Below, one piece after another: positions 9,610 to 19,093 of a stretch of 64,000 bases of DNA. The translations under genes were made by a program, and so were the position numbers. The notes below the pieces were generated by a model that did not search any database, was not told the DNA's origin, and saw only the letters and a list, made by a program, of their open reading frames with translations. The stretch comes from a virus. Its lineage: Duplodnaviria > Heunggongvirae > Uroviricota > Caudoviricetes. Within the stretch, counting starts at the first letter, position 1. Each line of letters starts with the position of its first letter. The stretch is from IMG/VR virus record IMGVR_UViG_2799112923_000001; one strand, 5' to 3'.

Positions 9610-10137
9610 ATGAAACTAGATTTAAATTTAACCACAGCATTTACACTCCGTAAACGCATTAAGGAACTTCTTAACAAGATTAACACTCAAATGTGTTATG
9701 CTCAGTATGTAGTTGAACCAGAACGCAAGGCAGAATTGCTTGAAGCATTTGAAACCAACGATGTTGAAGGTTCATACAAACTTTTAACTGATTTGATGGA
9801 AGCAAATCGTGAACTTTCCGATTTGATTGATAGTCAAAATTTGGAAGGTAAGAAAATTCTTAATGGTTTGAACAAAGTAAATGCTCAAATCATGGTTGTA
9901 CAACAGATTGAAAACAAATTAAAAGCCAATCGTACTTCCAAATCCCGTAACCCTGTAACCGGTAACTGGGAAGTAGCCACATTGGAAAAGATTACTGACT
10001 TTGATGCTACCAAGGAATTGGAAACATTGAAGCAGAAGAAGGTTCGTCTTGAAGATGAACTATCAAAGATTAATTCTCAGGCAAAGTTCACATTTGACCT
10101 GAATGACGAAATTTATACCCGTATCTACGGTGAATAA
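9610..10137 (+). CDS. hypothetical coiled-coil protein
   Basis: AGAGGA SD; 175 aa. Confidence 0.5.
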   Translation: MKLDLNLTTAFTLRKRIKELLNKINTQMCYAQYVVEPERKAELLEAFETNDVEGSYKLLTDLMEANRELSDLIDSQNLEGKKILNGLNKVNAQIMVVQQIENKLKANRTSKSRNPVTGNWEVATLEKITDFDATKELETLKQKKVRLEDELSKINSQAKFTFDLNDEIYTRIYGE

Positions 10138-10479
10138 TTGACTGAGTTGTTGGAATAATTTGTTGGTGGCTTTTTCGTACAAATCTTGCAAAGATGTTTT
10201 TACGGCTTTAAGCGAAAAGGGGCTTCTAGAGGTAAAATTGAGTGAGTAACCACGATATTTTACTTGCCGAAGGATGTTTCGTGATAATTTGTACAAAAAT
10301 CCAAAATTATGAAGAAGTGTATTCTTCTAAAATTGCAAAATTAACACTTTCCTAATGAGTTTATTTCAATTATCCAATGACACTTATTAAAAAGAAACGA
10401 AATAAGAATTACGATGGTTTTATCACAGTTTCTTTGAAAAAAGTCTTTTTGAATTTAACTAATAACAAAGGAAAACAAA

Positions 10480-10944
10480 ATGATAGTAAAAGCAAATGTT
10501 GTTTATAAAGATGGTAAGCGAGGTTCCGAATGGTTCCTGGTACGCTTTGACCATACCCCAGTAAAAGAAGTAACCAAGAAGAAACGCAGAACTGGCTTGT
10601 GTAGTATCTTCTATTTGACAGATGATGAATCCTATAAGGGTGGTGAAGATTTTGCTTCACGAATCTGTGGTGAAAAGAAGAAATTCTTTGTGACTGATGC
10701 GAAAATTGAGTGTTCCGCAAAGGATAATTATGTAAAAGCATTTGCCCGTAATGTAACTATGAAGAAAGCCATTCAAAAGATTATGGAAATGCAGTCCGAA
10801 AATCGTCTAGACTGGGATTTCTCTTTTGATAATGAAACCTTCAAGTCATTCATTACTACATTGAATAAGCAGCACCCACATGGCAACGAAACTGCTATGA
10901 AGCTCATTCAAAATTCTTCTTATCGTGCCAAAAAGAAGAAGTAA
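10480..10944 (+). CDS. hypothetical protein
   Basis: AAAGGAAAACAAAATG; 154 aa. Confidence 0.5.
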   Translation: MIVKANVVYKDGKRGSEWFLVRFDHTPVKEVTKKKRRTGLCSIFYLTDDESYKGGEDFASRICGEKKKFFVTDAKIECSAKDNYVKAFARNVTMKKAIQKIMEMQSENRLDWDFSFDNETFKSFITTLNKQHPHGNETAMKLIQNSSYRAKKKK

Positions 10945-10962
10945 TGTAAACAAAAATTTACA
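10945..10962 (+). promoter_or_regulatory. palindromic operator-like site TGTAAA-N6-TTTACA
   Basis: dyad 20 bp upstream of the -35 of module at 10975; same dyad at 18657, 37249, 59920, 63866. Confidence 0.5.
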
Positions 10963-10974
10963 GACTCCCCCAAA

Positions 10975-11011
10975 AAATCCATTGACAAAGTCAGTGGATT
11001 TTTCTATATTA
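10975..11011 (+). promoter_or_regulatory. composite module: terminator hairpin embedding -35 (TTGACA) + T-tract + -10 TATATT
   Basis: inverted repeat aaaatccattgac/gtcagtggatttt; TTGACA 10983-88, 17-nt spacer, TATATT 11006-11. Confidence 0.6.
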
Positions 11012-11027
11012 TGGTAGAGGTAGCAAT

Positions 11028-11432
11028 ATGAAACGAAGTACTTTTGAAAAATATGTAACGGAATACTGTGAAGATTTGGCAATTAAGCAAAATGCCCATC
11101 AATACAAGCGTTGCCGACATGCCTGCGTTTTGACCTATAACGATGCCATTATATCCAGTGGGGTGAACTCAAATCTGTTTAACGATTTTACCAAACAATA
11201 CAACGATTTGAAGGCATTACACGCAGAACCGGTCGCAATTATGAGAGCGATGAAACACCACAGCAGAATTATCCATAAATGTGAATTGTGGGTATGCCGA
11301 AACAATGAAGTTTCAAAAGAATCTCGCCCGTGCCCGATGTGTATGCGAATTATCAAGAATTTTGGAATTAAACGAATCCATTACACCACTGGTGGTGGTG
11401 AATGGAAAGAAGAAGAACTAAAGGAGAAATAA
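11028..11432 (+). CDS. dCMP/cytidine deaminase family protein
   Basis: zinc-binding HAE...PCPMC motifs (HAEPVAIM, RPCPMCMRII). Confidence 0.7.
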   Translation: MKRSTFEKYVTEYCEDLAIKQNAHQYKRCRHACVLTYNDAIISSGVNSNLFNDFTKQYNDLKALHAEPVAIMRAMKHHSRIIHKCELWVCRNNEVSKESRPCPMCMRIIKNFGIKRIHYTTGGGEWKEEELKEK

Positions 11433-11783
11433 ATGGCAGCTGCTACCCCAGAACTAAAAGCAAGATTTAAAGAACTCGGTATCTTTAATGGTACATGGTC
11501 AGATGGTCATGAATCATTTGAAGTCGGAAAGGGTGGTTATTTTAATATCCACTCAATTAAGATTACACGATTTAAAGAAGATGATGGAAAATGGCGAAAA
11601 ATGGTTCAATATAAGCCAACTCGCTGGCATGGAAAATATGGCGGTGGTGGATATACTAACCAGTTTGAATATGACCAGTCCCTAGAAAAATTTAACGATG
11701 TTTGGGAACAGTTTATGCTTGGTTATAAGGAATACCAACAACTAAAACAAGAAAATTCTGTAAACCGAGATTTTGGAGAATAA
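11433..11783 (+). CDS. hypothetical protein (tandem paralog)
   Basis: shares IHSIKITRF...QFMLGYKEY with next gene; ends NRDFGE. Confidence 0.5.
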   Translation: MAAATPELKARFKELGIFNGTWSDGHESFEVGKGGYFNIHSIKITRFKEDDGKWRKMVQYKPTRWHGKYGGGGYTNQFEYDQSLEKFNDVWEQFMLGYKEYQQLKQENSVNRDFGE

Positions 11784-11785
11784 CT

Positions 11786-12205
11786 ATGGCAAAACTAGAT
11801 ATTAAAGCAAAAGAAGAACTCAAAAACCATTTGAAAGAACTAAACATCAAAAATGGTAAATGGGAAGCACCCGATGGTGATATTTACTATGTTTGCCATC
11901 AGGGAAAATTTTATATTCATACCATTCAAATTACACGAATCCCAGATGTATATGACCCTGAAGATAGACCGTGGAATTATAATGGTTCTAATTGGGATTG
12001 GATGAAGAAAGAAGGTTTAGATATTAGAGGTTCTAAACGAGAAGTTTGTTATGACAGAATTAAAGATGACGAAGGACGAAATCTTTATTGGATTGAATAC
12101 TCAACCATTGAAGAATTTGATGTTTTGTTTGACCAGTTCTTGTTAGGATATAAAGAATACAGAGTACTCGTTCAAAACGAAGCCATTAACAAAGATTTTG
12201 ATTAA
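11786..12205 (+). CDS. hypothetical protein (tandem paralog)
   Basis: IHTIQITRI...QFLLGYKEY; ends INKDFD. Confidence 0.5.
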   Translation: MAKLDIKAKEELKNHLKELNIKNGKWEAPDGDIYYVCHQGKFYIHTIQITRIPDVYDPEDRPWNYNGSNWDWMKKEGLDIRGSKREVCYDRIKDDEGRNLYWIEYSTIEEFDVLFDQFLLGYKEYRVLVQNEAINKDFD

Positions 12206-12215
12206 GGAGAAAAAT

Positions 12216-12740
12216 ATGGGAAAGAATAAAACCATTTCAAAAACAAATGAAGAAATCACTAAACAATGGATTACCAATGCTATCAATTATCTTGTTGAAC
12301 TAGCTGAAAAGAAAGATAGCACCTATTCTGCTGGTTTTGAATCCGATTGTTATGACGGGCGTTCATTCCACTACAAGATTGATGGAAATGGGCTAAACAA
12401 GGGATTGTATAAGTGGTGTGCTATCAATTATCGTGGCCGATTGGTATTCTATTTCAAGATTGACAATATGGCTACATTCTTCAAATCCAAGTACACAACT
12501 GACCCACCAGCATATTCATTTGTGATTGAAGAATGTAAGAACGAAAACATCTCTAAGGAAGATAAGGTCAAATTGGAAACAATGTATAATGAAATGTGTA
12601 ATAAGGTAGCAGGTTTGAATGAACATGTTATCAAGGCACTAACTCAATGTGAACAAGAATTTGACATTAACATTGATACAGAAACAATGTTTGCTTCATT
12701 CCCAACAAAAGAAACAAAGGAAGAAACTACTAATGATTGA
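12216..12740 (+). CDS. hypothetical protein
   Basis: AAGGAGAAAAATATG SD at 12216. Confidence 0.5.
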   Translation: MGKNKTISKTNEEITKQWITNAINYLVELAEKKDSTYSAGFESDCYDGRSFHYKIDGNGLNKGLYKWCAINYRGRLVFYFKIDNMATFFKSKYTTDPPAYSFVIEECKNENISKEDKVKLETMYNEMCNKVAGLNEHVIKALTQCEQEFDINIDTETMFASFPTKETKEETTND

Positions 12741-13317
12741 TTTTACTAACGAAAATGTTTTTTTGGTAAGCGACACTCATTTTAACCATAACAAGTTGGT
12801 TAGAAGTTGTAAGGACCATTTTGAACAATTTCGTAAGTATGAAACCACAGCAGAAATGGATAAAGATGTTATTGAAATGTGGAACAAGACCATTACTGAC
12901 AATGACATTGTAATCTTTTTGGGTGATTTTATGTTGTGTGTTCCTGGTGACCACAGATATAAGAATGTTTTCCATTCATATTTTGACAAGTTGAATAAGG
13001 GAAAGCAGTTCATTTGGATTATGGGAAATCATGACGAAAAGCTCCACCAACGAATTCCTGAGATTGAAATGGTTGACAAACTCCAGTTCGTTAAGGGAGA
13101 TAAAATCTATTATGTTCAGCATTACGATTATGGTGAAGTCCATGATTTAATGCCAGATGTAATTGACCCAAATGTGGTGTTTGTTCACGGGCATACTCAT
13201 GCTGACACCAAACTCTCACGATTTGATTATAATGACCAGAGTTATATTCAAAACTGTGTTTGTTGGGATGCGTGGTATAGACCAGTAAATGTTAATGAGC
13301 TGGAGAAATGTGGGTAA
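12733..13317 (+). CDS. calcineurin-like metallophosphoesterase
   Basis: DTHFNH, GDF, GNHD, HGHTH motifs; paralog of 42715. Confidence 0.7.
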   Translation: MIDFTNENVFLVSDTHFNHNKLVRSCKDHFEQFRKYETTAEMDKDVIEMWNKTITDNDIVIFLGDFMLCVPGDHRYKNVFHSYFDKLNKGKQFIWIMGNHDEKLHQRIPEIEMVDKLQFVKGDKIYYVQHYDYGEVHDLMPDVIDPNVVFVHGHTHADTKLSRFDYNDQSYIQNCVCWDAWYRPVNVNELEKCG

Positions 13318-13332
13318 AGTCATAAATACATT

Positions 13333-13977
13333 ATGATTGACCCACAAATGTATCTTGACATAGCAGCTAATAACATTGACCCAATGGTTTTTGAATTTGA
13401 CGATTTGGGTGATGGTCCTGGCCCTATGCTTGGTGGAATGGGAGTGAAAATCACTGGGACTTATAATGGACAACCATTTAGTGTAAACCGTGGTCCTTGT
13501 GTTCGCTACCAACAAATGAAAACTGCCGAAGAAATAGAGGCAGAAAGACAAGCCGAGATAGAAGCAGAACAAGCAAGAATTAAATTAGAATATGAAAGAT
13601 GGACTAATATATTCCAGTCTAACCATTATACAACTGATTTGAATTTCATTTTTGGAAAATTGAATAAAGAACAGTTGAAATGGGTAAAACATATTCTTGA
13701 TACTGACGAAGATGCGACATATATTTACGCAGGTTCAAAAGATAGAAGTGAGTTTTTGAGTATAAACGATGTTTGTGCCCATGTAACGAAATCAAGAATA
13801 AGAAATGGTAAACTTGAATGTGAAATAGAATTTGATTTTACCGACCCTGGGGTAAAACTATTCCGAAACTTACAGAATGGTTTCAAACCAAAACTAAATC
13901 TAAACACAGTTTTAGATTATGACCTTAAAAATCCAACTAAACAAAACTTAAAATTCATTTGTTTGGAGTTTCTATGA
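13333..13977 (+). CDS. hypothetical protein
   Basis: 214-aa ORF. Confidence 0.5.
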   Translation: MIDPQMYLDIAANNIDPMVFEFDDLGDGPGPMLGGMGVKITGTYNGQPFSVNRGPCVRYQQMKTAEEIEAERQAEIEAEQARIKLEYERWTNIFQSNHYTTDLNFIFGKLNKEQLKWVKHILDTDEDATYIYAGSKDRSEFLSINDVCAHVTKSRIRNGKLECEIEFDFTDPGVKLFRNLQNGFKPKLNLNTVLDYDLKNPTKQNLKFICLEFL

Positions 13978-14420
13978 TAATTAAACGGAATGAATTTACT
14001 TCACTCATTGAAAATGGTCTAACCAAAGAAGAAAAGAAGTTGCTCAATAATGTGGCTGGTTTAAGGCCACATTTTGTTGTTTTATTATCCTTGCTAGTAG
14101 ATTATTGGTGTGAATCGTGGGTGAATTATACGAACCATCAAGAACCCAGTGTTCAAGTTTCAATAGAACCATATATTCCCGAAAACATTAAGCAGTATTA
14201 TACTGACTCGTCTGCAAATGGGAAATATCATAAACTCAGATGGAATTTCTCTAAAGTTCCACTACATTTAATAGAACAGTATTGTACAGAATTACGCAAG
14301 AATATGTTCCAGTATATAATGGAGCATAAAGATGCAGTAAATTGGGATGAAATCTATTTACACAAAATTATTGAAAATATACTTAGAATTACTAAATTGA
14401 ATATAGATGATTTTTCGTAA
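13974..14420 (+). CDS. hypothetical protein
   Basis: ATGA overlap with upstream stop; GGAG SD. Confidence 0.45.
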   Translation: MIIKRNEFTSLIENGLTKEEKKLLNNVAGLRPHFVVLLSLLVDYWCESWVNYTNHQEPSVQVSIEPYIPENIKQYYTDSSANGKYHKLRWNFSKVPLHLIEQYCTELRKNMFQYIMEHKDAVNWDEIYLHKIIENILRITKLNIDDFS

Positions 14421-14832
14421 CTTAATAAAATTCAAAAAAAGAAAGAATGAAGAAGCTCCAATTCCTATGGAATGGGATGTACAAATCGCAGCATTAGCAA
14501 GAGAACTAAATTGCGTTTTTGTTCCTAGAGATAATTTAGACCCATCAACAGGAAAAATTTATTTCTGTAATAAACCTTATGATTTTACCCATTCATTCGC
14601 CTATAATGCTATCAAGAGTTGGTATGTGGTTTGTGGTTGGGTTAGGAAAGATGGCAAATATAATCTGATTGTTAAGAATGTGAATAACATTGTTAAAAAT
14701 AAAAATATGTGTATTGAATACAAGTTTAAGAACTACAATGATTTCAAAAAAGAATATATCAAACATTTAAAGGCTTTTGACACGAATAAGCAAGAATACG
14801 ATTTACACTTAATCAATATGGACTTAAAATGA
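14407..14832 (+). CDS. hypothetical protein
   Basis: ORF, start uncertain. Confidence 0.4.
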   Translation: MIFRNLIKFKKRKNEEAPIPMEWDVQIAALARELNCVFVPRDNLDPSTGKIYFCNKPYDFTHSFAYNAIKSWYVVCGWVRKDGKYNLIVKNVNNIVKNKNMCIEYKFKNYNDFKKEYIKHLKAFDTNKQEYDLHLINMDLK

Positions 14833-15161
14833 CTAATCAAGAACTGTTAAATAAAATAGCTGAAGATTTTCCTGAATTAGATACCCATAGGTCTAGTTCA
14901 GGAAATGAGATTTATTTTATTGGAATTTATGGTGAATCATTTGCACTGATTATGGAAGAATGTATTCAGCACTATATTATTAGATGTGAAGGATTACAAA
15001 TAAGAGATGGTTATATTTGTGGTGTAAAAGCATCGTCTTATAAACCAAATGAACCACCTGACTATAATGAATGTAAAGAACATATCAAGAAAGTTTTAGA
15101 AGAATATAAGTTATTGCGAGTTAAAAGACTAGAAAATAAAGCCAACGAAGATTTCAAATGA
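14829..15161 (+). CDS. hypothetical small protein (DF-terminus series)
   Basis: ends NEDFK; junction GAAGATTTCAAATGA. Confidence 0.5.
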   Translation: MTNQELLNKIAEDFPELDTHRSSSGNEIYFIGIYGESFALIMEECIQHYIIRCEGLQIRDGYICGVKASSYKPNEPPDYNECKEHIKKVLEEYKLLRVKRLENKANEDFK

Positions 15162-15490
15162 CTAAAACTAAACGAGAATTAGATGAATTATTACATAAAT
15201 CCCATAAATGGTGTAAAGTCTATATGGGCTTTTGTTCATTTGAGTATTGTAAAGAAATAAAGAAATATGAAAACATTTTAACATATATTTTAGTAACTGA
15301 GAATACTGTTGAATTTTCTTGTCAATTAGTTGGTGCTGTAAAAAGACATGTTTTAATTGAAAGAACTTTTAAATTTGATAACATACCAAATAAAAAATTC
15401 ATTGATTGGACTCTTTCTCAGGCAGAAATTACATTTAAGAAAGGGCTAGAAATTTTTAATCTTAACCTTATAGACCAGGATTTCAAATGA
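15158..15490 (+). CDS. hypothetical small protein (DF-terminus series)
   Basis: ends DQDFK; ATGA overlap. Confidence 0.5.
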   Translation: MTKTKRELDELLHKSHKWCKVYMGFCSFEYCKEIKKYENILTYILVTENTVEFSCQLVGAVKRHVLIERTFKFDNIPNKKFIDWTLSQAEITFKKGLEIFNLNLIDQDFK

Positions 15491-15873
15491 GTAAACACAA
15501 ACGAATTATTAAATTCCCATTAGCAAATAACTATTCAAAGAAAGCGGTTGAAAACCTAATTAAAGCAGCTGGGTTTATTCCTGACGATATGGATGATGAT
15601 GGTTGGGTTATTCCAAATGGAATTGGCGACTCATACTATGACCAGGTATTTCAAGTTGGAACAAAATATATGACTGTTGCTACTGGTTATGAAATTGAGA
15701 CTGATATTAAAGGTGGTTCATATATTTCATTTGCTGCTGGTGAAGGTTCAAAAATTACATACAAATTACTCCCTGAAGATATGTTAAAAGAACTTATTAA
15801 CAGAGCTTGGAAAATGTATAAAGACGCATTGATTGATTTGAATGAAGTAAACGCAAGCAAGGATTTCCAATGA
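15487..15873 (+). CDS. hypothetical protein (tandem paralog)
   Basis: ends ASKDFQ; PEDMLKELINRAW block shared with next gene. Confidence 0.5.
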   Translation: MSKHKRIIKFPLANNYSKKAVENLIKAAGFIPDDMDDDGWVIPNGIGDSYYDQVFQVGTKYMTVATGYEIETDIKGGSYISFAAGEGSKITYKLLPEDMLKELINRAWKMYKDALIDLNEVNASKDFQ

Positions 15874-16253
15874 AACCAAAGTTCGTAACTAACATAACAA
15901 AGAAAGAAGTTGCAAAACTTTTGAAGAAACGCGGTTTCGTAGCCTATAATGGTAATGATGACTGGTGTATTCCAACAGATTATGTTGATTATTGGCACGG
16001 TCGTTGTTTCTCAATGGGTAACAAATATCTTTCTTATGCTGTAGATTACAGAATCAGTGAAGATAATGAAAATGTTTATGGCATTTGTATGGTTCGTGAT
16101 GGTGATGCGAAAATACCATTTAAAATGATACCACAAGAAATGTTAGAAGAACTGATTGATAAAGTTTGGCAGTTGTATGAACATGCTCAAGTTCATTTAA
16201 AGAAAGAAAAGGCTAGTTTGGTGATTAGAAAAGCCCAGGAGGATTTTAAATGA
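15870..16253 (+). CDS. hypothetical protein (tandem paralog)
   Basis: PQEMLEELIDKVW; ends AQEDFK. Confidence 0.5.
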   Translation: MKPKFVTNITKKEVAKLLKKRGFVAYNGNDDWCIPTDYVDYWHGRCFSMGNKYLSYAVDYRISEDNENVYGICMVRDGDAKIPFKMIPQEMLEELIDKVWQLYEHAQVHLKKEKASLVIRKAQEDFK

Positions 16254-16570
16254 AAATAGATGATGTTTTTAACAATTTAGAAAAAGATGGTTGGGATTTG
16301 AGAATTGGTGGTTATATGAAAAATGAGTACTGTATTTCCAATGAAATACATAATGGAATTGGTATTTTCATAGAAAAACCAAATGAAGACTCATTTTGTA
16401 TAACTTGTAAAAAATGGGAATCCATAAGTATAGAACTTTATGATAATAAACAAATTAGATTTCGTGAATTACCAAAAAATTATGTAGAATACATTAACAA
16501 CCTAGCCAGTACAATGTATAAAAAAGGGCTAATGAAATATAATTTGAAAAAGATTCAAGAGGATTTTTAA
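16250..16570 (+). CDS. hypothetical small protein
   Basis: ends IQEDF. Confidence 0.5.
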   Translation: MKIDDVFNNLEKDGWDLRIGGYMKNEYCISNEIHNGIGIFIEKPNEDSFCITCKKWESISIELYDNKQIRFRELPKNYVEYINNLASTMYKKGLMKYNLKKIQEDF

Positions 16571-17362
16571 ATGATACATTTAGTTTGTTTGACTAAACCA
16601 TATAATGATAACGATTTTAAACTTTGGTATAAATGGCACAAAGCATTAGGAATTGACAAGATTCATGTATTCCATAATGATAGTGATTTGAGAATTGACC
16701 GATATGTAAATCCACCAGATACATATCAGTATATTCATGGTTGGCCTGACCAGTGGAATCTATTCAATAAAATTCTCAATGAAAATATTTTGAAATTTGA
16801 TAATCAAGACATTGTAATGTTCCTTGATGATGACGAATTTCTTTGGTATGATATGAACTTGCCATTGGATGCCGCTCTAATGAAACAGTTTAGGATGTTG
16901 GATTGTGTATTAGTACCGCAGATTTTGTTATCAACAAAAGAAATTGGTGAACAGAGAAGTAGAAGTTTAATTGAAAACTCTTTTTATCGCAGAGCTGACC
17001 TAAGTAACCAGGGAAAATGTATATTATTGTATAACCAGGGAAACGAATACGATTTTACGAAAGAAGAACAGAATGAAAGAGGTCATGTTCCATTCATAAA
17101 TGGTATGCGTTATTCCGATGTAGTCGGTAGTGATTGTTCTAAAACCACCTATGGATTGGTCAAGTACAACGCACCTGTGCGTTTATATCATTATCATATA
17201 AAATCACTAGACGATTGGAAACACAAACTTGCACGTGGTTCTGCTGCGAATGAAGTCCAATTCTATGACGAAGATATAACAAAGAATTTATGGTATGGTG
17301 GATATGATGTTATTGACCTTACTATGTTGAATACTGCGAAGAAATTGGGTATATTACGATGA
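16571..17362 (+). CDS. putative glycosyltransferase (GT-A-like, DxD motif)
   Basis: VMFLDDDEFLW DxD-type motif and GT-A-like N-terminal region; weak. Confidence 0.35.
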   Translation: MIHLVCLTKPYNDNDFKLWYKWHKALGIDKIHVFHNDSDLRIDRYVNPPDTYQYIHGWPDQWNLFNKILNENILKFDNQDIVMFLDDDEFLWYDMNLPLDAALMKQFRMLDCVLVPQILLSTKEIGEQRSRSLIENSFYRRADLSNQGKCILLYNQGNEYDFTKEEQNERGHVPFINGMRYSDVVGSDCSKTTYGLVKYNAPVRLYHYHIKSLDDWKHKLARGSAANEVQFYDEDITKNLWYGGYDVIDLTMLNTAKKLGILR

Positions 17363-17727
17363 ACGAAAAAACTTACAAAGAAATAATTGACATGTTTAAT
17401 CTACCCCAGTATAGTGAAAAAATCACCAGTGATGGTGGATATTTTATTAAGGGTAATTGGTTTCAATCTATATGTGGTTATCGTTCTTATAAACGATTAA
17501 CAAAGAGAAATATCAGAACAGAAGATGATAGAAAGTTGTATAACAATAAAAACTACAACTGGCCTGCCGGTTCTATGATTTTATTTTCTATGGAAAGAGG
17601 TCAATTTGAAGAAGGTTTTTGGGCTACCAGGAAAGAAGATGCCATTAAAATGTTATCCAAACGATTGAAAGAATATAAAGAACGTCAAATTAAAACTCAA
17701 CTGAAGAATATAGAAAAGGACTTCTAA
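17359..17727 (+). CDS. hypothetical small protein
   Basis: ends IEKDF. Confidence 0.5.
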   Translation: MNEKTYKEIIDMFNLPQYSEKITSDGGYFIKGNWFQSICGYRSYKRLTKRNIRTEDDRKLYNNKNYNWPAGSMILFSMERGQFEEGFWATRKEDAIKMLSKRLKEYKERQIKTQLKNIEKDF

Positions 17728-18053
17728 TGACCCCAACTGAATTTGCCGAACTATGTGAAAGTATTGGATTAGTTCCAGCTACATTGTATATTCCAGGGTC
17801 AAGAGATGTATGTTTATATCAATTACCTGTGGATTTAGAAAATCCAATGAAAAATTATAGTTCAGTTATGACTTCATATTCAAAATCATTTGGTTATAGA
17901 ATTTGTTTGATTGATGAATATGGTGAAAAGAACATTGGTTATTGGTTAGTCACTGATAGTGAAATTAAAGAACGAGCCTACGAATTACAGAAACAAATTA
18001 AAGATTTACGAATTAAACAAAATCTTGAAAATATAAAGAGGGACTTCAAATGA
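17727..18053 (+). CDS. hypothetical small protein
   Basis: ends IKRDFK. Confidence 0.5.
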   Translation: MTPTEFAELCESIGLVPATLYIPGSRDVCLYQLPVDLENPMKNYSSVMTSYSKSFGYRICLIDEYGEKNIGYWLVTDSEIKERAYELQKQIKDLRIKQNLENIKRDFK

Positions 18054-18364
18054 CTGCAAGAGAAATGATTACTATTACAAATGGTGTAAATCGTAAATCC
18101 GATGAAGAAATGATTGCTAGAATTGAAAAACGAATAGAAGAAAATGCTAGTAAAGGTAAAACCTATGTTTCTATTCCACAAGATAGAATGACCAGAACTA
18201 TCTTTGAGCATTTTGAACAAAAGGGGTTTTCATTTAAAGACAGTCATTGTGCTGGAATGACATTTGTTCAAATTTCTTGGGCAGACGCAGAACCATTAAC
18301 AGATTTTGATTTTAAATCCTATTTAATGGAGAGAAAACTAAGGAGCATTGAACATGACTTTTGA
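18050..18364 (+). CDS. hypothetical small protein
   Basis: ends IEHDF. Confidence 0.5.
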   Translation: MTAREMITITNGVNRKSDEEMIARIEKRIEENASKGKTYVSIPQDRMTRTIFEHFEQKGFSFKDSHCAGMTFVQISWADAEPLTDFDFKSYLMERKLRSIEHDF

Positions 18365-18653
18365 TTTCAATAACATTCCATTAAATGATAAAAGGACTAT
18401 TAAAAACTTCTGCCGGCTATGTGTAGAACAGTCTGTGAATTTGGAAAATACGAAGAAAAATGGTTATTACAAAATGAGAGCCATTTTTACACCAAGTCCA
18501 TATCTTACTATGTTTTTTAATAAATTCCAAATAGCAATAGGTAAAGAAGATTATACATTGGTTTGGCCTGAAGAATCTATGCCAAAACTGTTAAAATTGG
18601 GCAAAGAAGTCCAAATGTACGAAAAATTACAGGAAATCAAGAAAGATTTCTAG
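18348..18653 (+). CDS. hypothetical small protein
   Basis: ends IKKDF. Confidence 0.5.
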   Translation: MNMTFDFNNIPLNDKRTIKNFCRLCVEQSVNLENTKKNGYYKMRAIFTPSPYLTMFFNKFQIAIGKEDYTLVWPEESMPKLLKLGKEVQMYEKLQEIKKDF

Positions 18654-18656
18654 TTT

Positions 18657-18674
18657 TGTAAACAAAATTTTACA
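18657..18674 (+). promoter_or_regulatory. palindromic operator-like site TGTAAA-N6-TTTACA
   Basis: 19 bp upstream of -35 of module 18689. Confidence 0.5.
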
Positions 18675-18688
18675 TATTTTTACAAGAA

Positions 18689-18722
18689 TGCAGTTGACAA
18701 CAACTGCATTTTTTACTATATT
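18689..18722 (+). promoter_or_regulatory. composite terminator-hairpin/promoter module
   Basis: gcagttgacaacaactgc hairpin, T-run, TTGACA 18694-99, N17, TATATT 18717-22. Confidence 0.6.
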
Positions 18723-18752
18723 TACAATGTAAAAAGAAAAAGAGGTAACATT

Positions 18753-19079
18753 ATGGAAATGAACGAATTTTACAAGAATCTTGCCACCAAACTTGCTCCG
18801 GCAAATGTTAATAGTAAAATGAAAATTAATGTTTACTTTGACGCGGTTGAATTGGAATGGCCTGTTGATAACCAGATCAAGAAAACCATTTTAATTCGCC
18901 CGGACAAGAATGTTAAACATACGATGCATGCCGATGAAATTTGGATTGGTGAAGATTCCGAAGGTTCTCCTTGGTCTGACCACATGGGCGGTCTCATTAT
19001 TGATTGTAATGGTATGAATTGCCAAACTGCCATTGATACCATTGTACGAAAGGTTAGAACTAATTACGATTTGTTTTAA
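18753..19079 (+). CDS. hypothetical protein
   Basis: AGAGGT SD. Confidence 0.5.
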   Translation: MEMNEFYKNLATKLAPANVNSKMKINVYFDAVELEWPVDNQIKKTILIRPDKNVKHTMHADEIWIGEDSEGSPWSDHMGGLIIDCNGMNCQTAIDTIVRKVRTNYDLF

Positions 19080-19093
19080 GAGAGGTAAAAACT

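Noticed and set aside
10138-10479. Possible tRNA or ribozyme in the 340-bp gap
   Set aside because: No acceptor/T-arm complementarity or conserved GTTC/TTCGA boxes; kept only as a low-interest non-coding island.
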